64,000 nt of DNA, taken from Aplysia californica (lineage: Eukaryota). Positions 28,540 through 39,500 of the stretch are shown here, in pieces; positions within the stretch are counted from its first letter, which is position 1; each line of letters begins with the position of its first letter. A program made the translations under genes and the position numbers. The DNA is taken from positions 63,195-127,194 of the forward strand of contig NW_004797365.1 in NCBI RefSeq assembly GCF_000002075.1. Reading direction: 5' to 3'. Under the pieces are notes generated by a model. It was not told where the DNA came from. It saw only the letters and a program-made list of their open reading frames with translations, and ran no database searches.

Positions 28540-29166
28540 CTCGACTTATCCAAAGATTTGAGCTCACTTGCAATGTCCAGGATAGACATGAAACAGGTCA
28601 TCCTCTAGTGACCAGCCCTGCTCAAGACAGATTTTGTGTCACATCTGCAGAATCGTTTCCTTCTTGCAAAAATGACAGCTCAATGCGTGCAAGGTATACG
28701 TGAAACTGTTTCTTCCATCAATGTGAGGCGCCGAGTGGTTATCCAGGACTTAAAACAAGAACGCCTTATTTAGAACTGCTGCTGTTAAGGAGTCCGTGAA
28801 AATAGCGCCGTATTAAGTGTGCGCAACAGCACGAGGAAAAATCAGATCGCCTCAGTCATCCAACATGACACTCTTACCCTCGCTCTGCCCATGTAACAGA
28901 CAGTACAGTTTCTGGAAGATCATAACTTGAATGTCATGGACTGGCCAGTGTTCATACCGGACATGTCTCCAAAAGCGCACATAGGGGATGAGCTGAACCG
29001 CAAAGTGCGTGGAAGAAGCCGATTTTCGAATCTGCTGCAACGGGAGGTCGCACTGCCGCTAAAGTGTGTCAGAATTTCTCAACAAAACATTCAAAATGTT
29101 ACAAAATCCGTGTGAAGACGTATTTTGGTCTTTACACATGTTAATGGTAGCCGTTTAGTTTATTAA
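28540..29166 (+). mobile_element. Decayed Tc1-family transposase
   Basis: FLEDHNLNVMDWPVFIPDMSPKAHIGDELNRKV...NIQNVTKSV*RR matches the Tc1 WPxxSPDLNPIExxW C-terminal pattern. HTH-like remnant upstream; stops and frameshifts present. Confidence 0.8.
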
Positions 29167-29278
29167 GAGTGAGATATCTTTATTAAGATTCGATTTGTGC
29201 TTTTCTGTAATTTTGTCTGAGGGGGTATTCCGAAAGTAGGAAGACAAAAGGTATCGAAATCATTTGAGGTACAAATGT

Positions 29279-29803
29279 AATAATAAAATACTAATAATGG
29301 ATTGCATTTATATAGCGCATATCCACTTATGCAATGCTCTATGCGCTTAACATGAAACATACTGTGAAATTACAAATCAATTTTATAGGCACACAATATA
29401 CATACGCGTGCACACACATACTCACGCACGCACCAACACACACACATACATACACACATACAAAATGACGACAATCTACAGCTTGGGTGGATTCTGTCTA
29501 ATAGAAAAACGATGAAAATAGAAATGCTTTTTTTAGTTTTTTCTTTAAAATTTCTAGATTTTCTGCTTCTCTGATAGTTTTTCGAAGCCTATTCCAAACA
29601 AGTGGGGCAAAATATGAAAAAGAGCGTTGGCCATATGATTTATAATTTATTTTAGGTTTAACAAGGGTTGTTTTGTCACTTGATGATCTGAGAGTTCTAG
29701 GTGGTACATAGGGTGTTAAAAACTGTTTTAGGTAGTCAGGTGATAGATCAAGTAAGTACTTGTAGCAAGTTAAACAGTTTTTATATATGATACGCTCTTT
29801 CAC
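29279..29803 (-). mobile_element. Second L2/CR1-group LINE 3' fragment
   Basis: ORF 29498-29803: ERIIYK...PDYL...YVPPRTLRSS...GQRSFSYFAPLVWNRL. Tail GCGCATAGAGCATTG...GCGCTATATAAATGC at ~29300-29346. Confidence 0.85.
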
Positions 29804-30100
29804 CGGATTTCATTGACAAATCCTGACCTAGCACTACACCTAAATTACAATGTATGCGATGACAATGGTCTGCAATAGTTGGAAAATGATTAACCCTCAG
29901 AAAACACTTATTTTAATCTATCTCCATTTAATTTTAAAAATGTGCAAATAACATGTACGAAGTGTTGCGTTTTAATGGCGTTCAGCCATCAACACAAGAC
30001 TTATTAGAGAGGGGGGGGAGAGAGAGAGAGGTGTCTAAAGGGGCATGATACTTGAAATATTTTTAAAAGCTTAGGGTCGAATAATTATGTCCCTTCAATG

Positions 30101-32027
30101 TTTTAGTAAGCGTTTAACGGCACTTGCGTCACATTTTATAAGTGCCGAAGATAAGAAGTGTTACAATAGAGTGACAAACATAAAAAAGAAGGAGAGATAA
30201 GGACGAATCACCCACAAAACTCATGTGTCTCTATGAGGTCAAGCTCACACCGTAAAGTGCCACAAGGGCAGGAGTCTCGACTCGTTAAACATTGTAATAC
30301 TAATACAATGTAATACTGTATATTCTTGACCATGAGCACCACGTCAGTTTTCAATACCCACCACCTATTTTATACACATACAACCGTTGTGGAATTAACA
30401 AAAGAACTAGAATCTGTAAAGTTATATGTTTCATAACAAATACATGTTGCTAACATTGGACTAATTGTGGAAATACAAGAAGAGCAGTAAGGACGAATAT
30501 GAGTAATACGTGTAATCGAACAGATGTAAGTTATAGTTTTAGTAGTAAGAGTTTTACGGCACTAGCTCCACAATAAGGTGCTGAAGATTAGAGTTGTTAC
30601 AAGAAAGTAACAAACATTTTATTAAAAAGGAGAGATAAGGGCAATAGATGTTTGATAGGAAAGTTTAGTTTTAGTAAGTGTTTTACAGCACTTGCAACAC
30701 AAGAAGGTCATATAAGTGCTGAAGATTAGAGATGTAACAAGAGAGTAGCAAACACAAAAAAAGGAGGGGAGATAGAGATGGAGACGATAGATATTCTTTA
30801 TAGAAAAGAAGGAGCAAACCACACCAGAGCAGCCGCCAACTACACACGTTTAATAGGAAACAAGGAGTAAACCACACCAAAGCGTCCGCTAACATGAACC
30901 ACTCACACAATAGCAGATGTGAAATTAGGTCAGACACAACTTACAATGATACATGTAAGTGTGAGACAAAACAGATCAGAGATTCTTGTTATTCATGCTA
31001 CAGTAAAGTGGAACCTTTACGAGCTCAAATGTTGTGTCATAAGTCTCTCACTTTAACTTATAAACTTGATTACCGTACTTCATAGGTTTGAGTTTGAGTA
31101 CGGCAAAGCACATCGACGCAATAATGATCATTTAGTGCTGGGAAAAAGTACGACAGACAGAAACAACGGAGGGAAAGTATAGAAGTAGAACTTGCCAGTG
31201 GCACCCTCCAGCCACCCATACTTCAGAGGTCAAAGTTCCAGACTGAATTAACGACCACTTGTAATGGGGCGAAAGATTGCATCTCAGAATTTCTCCAGAC
31301 AAGGACAGTTGAGGATCACAACAGCTGCAATACAGGTTTCCTGACCCAAACCAAGATTGTCTACATCATAGCCTCGTGTCTTACAACTTGAACTAAGTGT
31401 CTCCATGTGTCCTTTGAAATAGCAACAGTCTGAGTAAAAATAAACACATCAACACTACAGTCTTTACTGCAAGAAAAAAGTTACTTTTTTAGTTTTAGTA
31501 AGTGTTATACGGCACTTGCAACACAAGAAGGTAATATAAGTGCAAAAGATTAGAGGAGTTAAAAATACAAAAAAGAAGGAGCAGAGATAATGACAGTAGA
31601 TGTTTGATAGGAAAGAAGGAGCAACCCACACCAGAGCACCTGCCAACCAATCACAAAGAGTAACACTTGTTTTAGTAGAAGTTTTACGGCATTCGCAACT
31701 GCATAAGGTCATATGAGCGCCAGTAGACTAGGTGTTACAAGAGAGTAGCAAACATAAAAAAGGAGGGGAGATAAGGACGATAGATGTGAGACACAAAAGA
31801 AGAAGAAGCAAACCACACCACAGCACCCGTCAACCACTCACATAGTAAGACTGATTTAGTTTTAGTAAGATTTAACACAAACAGGTCATACAAGTACCCA
31901 TGATTAGAGGTGTTACTAGAAGAGAGTAACATATGAAAACCTACATAGAAAAGAAGTAGAAATAAAGACGATAGATGTTTGATAGGAAAGCAGGAGCAAA
32001 CAACACCAGAGTGCTCAACAACCACCC
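30101..32027 (-). repeat. Cluster of about 6 head-to-tail degenerate copies of a ~180-bp retroposon-like repeat (Rep-A)
   Basis: Recurrent GAAGATTAGAGGTGTTACAAGAGAGTAACAAACATAAAAAAGAAGGAG...GATGTTTGATAGGAAAGAAGGAGCAAACCACACCAGAGCAC at ~30101, 30536, 30664, 31485, 31670 and 31855. Confidence 0.9.
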
Positions 32028-32028
32028 A

Positions 32029-32362
32029 GGGGCTCCGGTGGCTAAGTGAGTAGTGAGTTTTGACTCAAGCAATATCAAGCAAGTGTCGGTGACACGGGGA
32101 ACAGATGGGTGGTCACTGGAGTGTGTCCTTGAGCAAGACACGACAACCCTAGCTCAAATTACAGGGCGCTGCACAGTGGCGACCGACAGTGGCATTGTTT
32201 GTAAACTGTTCTGTATTTGTGTAATAGTGTGTATTTATGTATGTATTTATGCATGTATGTATTTATAATTATGTATTTATGTATGTATGTATGTTTGCCA
32301 TTGTAAAACAAAGTGCCCTCCTGGGACAAATAAAAGTGTAATTTATTATTATTATTATTATT
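32029..32362 (+). mobile_element. CORE/V-type tRNA-SINE remnant with (TGTA)n and (TTA)n tail
   Basis: A-box-like GGTGGCTAAGTGAG and the GTGTCCTTGAGCAAGACAC motif typical of CORE/V-SINE central domains. The B box has decayed. Confidence 0.55.
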
Positions 32363-35300
32363 AAGACTAAGATAAACCAAAAAATAAAGAAACAGTTGAG
32401 GGAAAGAAAAGAAGTAGCACTATCAGTGGCACATGCCAATCACATATGAACAGGCGACATAACAATACACCATCATATTATAGTAGAAAGAAGACATACG
32501 AAATTAGAAAAGCGCAACAAGGACAATTCCATGAAATTGTACTGAAATCTGAAACTAACAAAAACGCAAGGAAAAAACATTTCCAGAGAAGAAAACAAAT
32601 TTATTTTTTCAAAGTAACATTTGATTTAGGCAGTAACATTGCATCGAGACACAATGAACATTCAATAAATAAACAACTAAAAAAAATGGTGCAGCCACTG
32701 ATTCTAAACAACATACATCTTTCTTCTCTCTGAGCCAAGCACCCAAATAGGATTCTAAAATTTAAAAACAAAAGAAAATATGATTACTGGAACTTGTTAA
32801 ACACACTTTCTTCCGGACTATCCACTATGATTTAGAATTACGTATTAGAAAGATTACTTTAAAAATATTTAAGTAGACATCACAGTCTATCTCACAAGTT
32901 ATAGAAGGTTTTGGTAATCACTTTGCGCGGCACAACATCGATACTTTCTAAACAGTCATTATCATAGGCAGACTGAAAAGCAACACCATTACAGACAATA
33001 CCTGTATCTTCTATCTTTCCCAAAATCTTTTTTAAAATCGCAATGAATACTGTCGAAAAATGCTAAAGAAGACAAAATGACGTCCAGCATAGTAACGTCA
33101 ATAAACTCTGAAAGTTACCATGTATCCAAGTATAAACAAATAAAAACAAATCTTTTTAAGATTAAACGATTCCAAGATCCCAAGTAAATGGAAGATAAAA
33201 TAGATAACTGTAAATACAGAGCTAATTTATTTGTACAGACACCGTCAAAAGAAATTCTCTTTCAAACTCCATGTCATACATGATAAAAACTAATCGCCCC
33301 TTTCTCACTTAATGCAAACTGAAAATTGAAGAATTGTAGTTGTACAACTCTCATCCAAATTATTTAACTTCAACAAAAGCTACTCTCACAGACTAGGACA
33401 CACAAAAAATGTTTTTCATCTCTGCACAGATAAACAGTTAATTTCAATCTGCCTCTCCAAGTGCACTCAAAGACAATGAAACGGAACATTCAAACAGCTG
33501 CTTTATAAGATGACGTATATCAACATGTCAGCAAAGTGATGTAGAACGACACTCACTCTCTATTATCTCATATACATCAAGTTTGCAATGTGACATTCAT
33601 TCCCTTTGCAAACAGGTGTTGGGACACTGCTGAATCATGCCTAAATAGGTGAAATTTTAAGTCAACTTGTATTCAAGGTTTCTGATACAATAGAAAGCAC
33701 AATGACTCCCTCTCTCTTCACTGAAGTTGAGCACAAAACATACATTCTCAAACATGTAAGCTTGCATTTTGTTTTTTGTATTTTTTTAATACCCTGGACA
33801 AAACAAATAACAACATGATCATAATGAGTTAAACAAACACAAATTCAGTTGCTACTTTAACACCTTACAAACACCACTGAAAATGACAGGCCAAACAGCA
33901 GCATCAAAGCTCACAATACCGTACAGAATACAACAATCATTCAATCTTTATATCACATAAACGATGAATTTAAAGTATGAAATTAATTGCATTATCACCA
34001 AAACCTTGGGTTAAAGACACCATTCAACCCAACAAATATTTATTTCAAAGCAGCCAGTGAAATGAATGACTCAATTTTCAATGACGATAGAAACAGTCAC
34101 AAACATGTGGATTTAGAAAGCATTTCTTCCTAAACATGTATACTGAAGTGCAAGGATTTTCTAAATCACCCACAAAAAGCGGACACATGTAAGAAATATT
34201 TTCATCCCCCTTCATACTCATTCAATAATCCCGTACTCATCCTCCATTTTCAATTCAACCTTTTTGCTTTCACAAATGACCATGAAGGCCTAACAAATCA
34301 AATACAGCAAGGAATACTCAGCGTGCCTATACAGAGCTTCACTTTTTACAGAAATAGCCAAAGAGTGTATAACATTAATAATCCACCAAATGTCACAAAC
34401 AACAACATCCCCATCCACCCACAACCAAAAAAGAAACCTGAAGCAACAAAAAAACTATACAAGACGCTACTATAATGTGAATGGGTAACCCTGTCAGGGA
34501 CTCTGCAACTATCAAACTTCATGATCATCACAATACTACCACTCTCATTCCAAGGACCAACAACATAACATACAAATATAAAGACACAAATGATCCTCCA
34601 GATCATCGTACAGCAATTTCAAGTTCACCAGGCCTCAAAGCAGCCCCTTCCCGTTCACAAAGCCAGTGAATAAAAATGAAAGCTAAGACTTGATACATTT
34701 ACACAAAATCCTTCAAAATTGTATTTTTGTAACACAGCTTCCGATTAATTCAAGTAATAATGATGTGGAACAAAGACGAAGCTAACAGAAAGACAAATCA
34801 AAATTTTTCAAGTTTCACAAAAAAAATTCTTCCTCAAACTGATGGCTTGATATCAGCATTACACAGACTCCAGCATAATTTCAAAGATTCATTCGTAAAA
34901 CATATAACTGACTGACAAATTCAAAAGGTCTGCTTCACAGTGGATGTATCAACAACGCCTTATCTTTAAGGTTCGGACACCCTGATTACATAAAACACAG
35001 GCATAGTTTCATCAACAGCTGTTTTCAGGGAATGCTCTAGCAGATATACATGTCTGTCAAAATCTATGTTTATTCATCAGACTGAAGTATGCTGTTGGTC
35101 ACATTCATTTACTATGTACACAATTACTTATAGTATGGCTATAAAACAAATGCCCTTTTGTACTAAACAAGTGTTCAAGACATACCAGGTACAAGATTCT
35201 TAGAAGGGGAGAAGAAGAAAAAAGAAACAAAGTATATCACAACAAATATCATTTCAGCCATCAACTTATTTCCTTACATTTGAACAAATGCTTGAGAAAA

Positions 35301-35925
35301 ACTGAAAAGTGAAAATCAACAGTAGAAAGTACAATACACCCATCTCAACACATTTTACCAAAGTTAAAAATTGGGCAACCTCTGAAAGAGCATATGAGCA
35401 GCCATGCAGGAAGAACACAATCAAAACCCATCACCATTCCTTTCCTAGACAATTATTCAAGGCCCAAAAAATAATAGGTTGTCTCTGCAATTTTCCACTT
35501 GAGACTTATCAGCTTCCAGCCCTTCCCAAAACAGTCCCCCTTCAAATAAGTATTTGATGTTGAAAAGGGGCCAGTCAATAACACAAGTGCTTGATCAAAA
35601 CTAGCAAGCAGATTTGTGCTGCCATCCCACCCAGCCTTCAAAATCAAATCTTCACTTCAAATACAGTTTCATCTGACAAATCATTCTCACTTATATTGAT
35701 TTATATCAAACTTGTCTTCAGTTCCAAGATGAACACAACACAGAAGTAAAAATAAAGAGTAATGCGTTGATCTACAGTTGAGGGAATAAATATGAACAAT
35801 TTACATAAAAAGGGAGGAAGTGCAGACTCGCACTGTGAAAAGAAAACATGGAAGGAAGAAGAAAAGATTTTCAAATTAGAAAGGCAGGACAAGAAAGCCA
35901 ACAGCCCAACTCTTCTCTTTGAGCC

Positions 35926-35931
35926 TTTATT
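35926..35931 (-). promoter_or_regulatory. Candidate proximal polyadenylation signal (AATAAA) for SRP68
   Basis: First minus-strand AATAAA I found after the stop, ~325 nt downstream. Further ones lie near 34040, 33226 and 32600. Confidence 0.3.
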
Positions 35932-36253
35932 GATTGACAGAATTAAATCAGCAGGCCACAAAAAAGCACATATATATGGGCAAATTCAACACGCATATAG
36001 AGAAATAGAGGACGTTACACAGAGCATTCACCAAACTATTTATGAACGAGACTGTAGAGGGACATAGGAAAGAGAGAGAGAGAAGATAATATGGGGAACT
36101 TTGAGGAAATAATCACATGAATATTACACTAAGACACAGTGGGGGTGTTAAATAATAAGACAAAGAAGGACAAGTGACAAATTATAATCACTACATGAAT
36201 CCGAAGCCACCATAAATTTGTACAGTCTTCCAAAGCTAAGACCAAGAACGTGT

Positions 36254-36505
36254 TCACTTTTTGCCACCCCCCCAGAGCCAGCCTTTGACCATTCCAGTGA
36301 GACCCCCGCCCCCTCCACCCGCAGCTTTCTTCTGCGCCTCCAGTTTGTCCTCAAGAGATGGGAACTCGATGTGGTTGAGAGCCAGGTCAAAGAAAAGTGG
36401 TCTGCACGGGATGGGCTCAAAGTTCGGAGGGAAGTGTGTCAGGGTGGCCTTCTTCGAGGACAGGGACTTGTCGGTGACAAACTCATCTAGTCTGTCCTCC
36501 AGCAA
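36254..36505 (-). CDS. SRP68: SRP68 exon 12, terminal coding exon (LLEDRLDEF...PIPCRPLFFDLALNH...WGGGKK*)
   Basis: cctcag acceptor, TGA stop; conserved C-terminal (SRP72-binding region) motif. Confidence 0.96.
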   Translation of the reverse strand: MLEDRLDEFVTDKSLSSKKATLTHFPPNFEPIPCRPLFFDLALNHIEFPSLEDKLEAQKKAAGGGGGGLTGMVKGWLWGGGKK

Positions 36506-39500
36506 CTGAGGAAGCATGACGCATACACATAAGACAAAAACTTACTTCATTGAGCTTTCATTAGAAGATATTGACAGTGTGTTGGTAGGATTTTTTTTTG
36601 GGGGGGGGGGGAGTAAAGAAAAGGACATTTATACAGTAACAGCCATTCGGCAAAGGGAAAAGCAAGACAGACAAGCAGATATAAGACAAAAAGAATCAGA
36701 TTTTCCACTGAGAGTAACAGCATTTACGTAATAAGGACACGACAGACAAGAATGGTTGTCAAAATCTATCAATAAATGTGAGAGAGTTTTAGTTTTAGTA
36801 GAGGTTTTACGGCCCTCGCAACGTCATATGAGCGCCAGAACATTAGAGGTGTTACAAGAGAGTAACAAACCTAAAAAAGAAGAAGGGGAGATAAGGACGA
36901 TAGATGTTTGATAGGAAAGAAGAAGCAAACCACACCAGAGCACCCGTCAACCACACCCCAAATGTGAGAGAGAAAAAAAGAAGTACCGTCAAGCAAAAAT
37001 CACCAAATCTCACCCAAAAACCATGAAAAAATTTTTTTTTCAGGTTGCAAAAATCAACCTAAAAAGAAGAGAGAAATTACAGCAATCAGCGCAGTGCTTC
37101 CACCATCTGAAGCTGAAAAGTAAGGAAAATTCTGCAGGGGGTCTGGGGGCCTCAGAGGCCCCCAGCAGGGTCCAGGGAGAGCGTCCCGGTGGGTGTCCAG
37201 GGGGTGAAGCCGCCGAAGAAATTGTAATTTAGTGCTTTTAGAGGGTAGAAAATGGCATTTGGGAGCCTGTTTGAAGATATTGCCTACAGCCCATAATATT
37301 TATTTTTTCACCAACATTTTGTCTTGTTTGACTTCATCACCAGCATATCTTTCCAATGCTGGAAATGTTTAAAAGCAGGTTCCCCTTTCATTGCTACTAT
37401 AATTCAATTAATTTGTAGTCGCACCATTGACAGCAGGCAAACCTGGGAATAATGAATAGATCTACCTTCAAAATACGGTTGCGCAGCGTATACATACATT
37501 TTTTCTAAATTTTCATGTATGAAAGTCGCCTGTCACAACCTCGAAACACCACTTCGAATTATTCTTGATTTTATACGTGGTGCTCACTATGGACGGGCCG
37601 ATCGCCCGACTCGATCGCCTCAAAAACAAACGTGTTTGTTTTCAGTTTCAAAACAAACACGGTTGTTCGACCGAGTCGGGCGATCAGCGCAATCGGCCAA
37701 TCCCATCCATAGTGGGCACGACCGTATCAGCATATTTGTTTCATCGCGGCCATTATCCTTATATTGCGTCCACGTGCCGTAGAATCTTCGCATTGATAAT
37801 TTCTCTAGATCTAGATAAAATTAGCTAAAAAAGTTTCTTTCCGACAGTAATTTTCTGTCTTAGATCAAAATCAGTCTTGATCAACGTGCAGATTTTCCAG
37901 CCGCGGCAACAATCCGAAGATAGACAGAAGGAATGAGTGGAATGACAGAAAGGAGGAAGTTGTCACAAAAGGTTCGCCAGATTTTGATCCATCTGCAGGT
38001 AAAAAATGTACTGCCGACCAGCACGCAATGAATGCATGGGACTGGGACATAGCGGTATAAATGTCCGATTGCAGGAAATGCGCAATTTGGCAGGTTTCTA
38101 TAACGTTAAATTGTTGCCGAGAGAATTACCGTAAATATCCGTACCTTATACAAGACGATACAAAGGCGAGTACGGAATTTCGGCAGTCCTGCACTGTCGC
38201 AGTTTTTTTTACAGAGGGAGTAGATGATGATGGAGGGACAAGTACGGAACTGGCAGAAAGTACGGATTTCCGTAAAAATACGGAAGAGTGGAAGCACTGT
38301 CAGTGAATTACATTCATTACTTGCTTGTTTACTTACCCTTTTGTCTGTGACAGGCGTGAAGAGAGACTGGTCCCCTGAGGCACCAGAGTCCAAAATACTG
38401 AAGGCTTGACACGAGTGCATCTGGCCACCTATCTGCTCCTGGAGCTCCTGGATAGTTTGCACCTCTTCCTGTAAAGAGAGTCATGTCCTTTAGTCAAAGA
38501 AGTGGTGATTTGAAAATAGCGGTAAGCCAAAAGAAAAGAAAATTCAAATTTTTTTTACTTCTACAGTCGACTGCGGATGAATTGAAGTCATTGGGGGAGT
38601 GAAAAAAAAAATCAACTTATCCAAAGTTCAACAACCATTGGGACCTGAAGAGAAGAGGTGCTGGGACCCGAGAAAAAGAATTAACTCAACCAATGATCAA
38701 CTCAACCTGAGTCGACTGCATTTGAGCAATGTCTCTAAACCAAAAACTGGGCTAAATCGCAGAAAATACCGCAGTTCTGAAGATTTCAGTTTAAGCTGAC
38801 TACACTGTAGCAGCTTCTATCAGGTGAAGGTGACAAAAAGTCTTTCCTTGACAAATTATGGTTGCCGCTTCTCAGCTTTTGTTTGACTGCTCACACAGCA
38901 ATCTCTTTAAAAAAATATCTTACATCGGGTAAACATTCAAAGGGCCGGTGCCCTTTTAAAATGACTGATATGCTCTGGCAAAAGTACTTGTAAAGCCCAT
39001 AGAGCATGTATGTGATATATAAATGCAATTATTGTTATTATCACCATAAATCTAAAGACTGACACATCAATTAAGCTTATCACTCAGCCTCACGATACGG
39101 CCCAGAGCTAGTGTATGTCTGGCATGTAACTGACATAACCCCCATGATGATATGCATAAAAAGTTGTCTGTTCAATTGCACGTGGAAAAGCATGACAAAG
39201 TACACATGTAAAAAATTGTTAAACTTCATTCAGGCAAGTAAAAAAGAAAATTAAAATAATTTGTAACTCACTCACCGCCATTGCCACACTTGTGTCGGTC
39301 GCATATTTTCCTCTTTATTTCTACTAATTGCCAACACATATATATGCGGCAACGGCATAGTACAATTACTAGAGTAACATCCCTTTGACCACTCAGAGCA
39401 GTTTCACTTTATTAGAATGATTTCCCTTAACGTTCTGCCAATTTTTGGAATGGGAGTTCCCTTTGTCCTATTTCTGGGTTTTGTTTTGAAGATTGGGCGG

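Noticed and set aside
30101-32027. Repeat-spacer-like array that might be read as CRISPR
   Set aside because: Units are ~180 bp, degenerate and irregularly spaced, the context is eukaryotic, and there are no cas genes.
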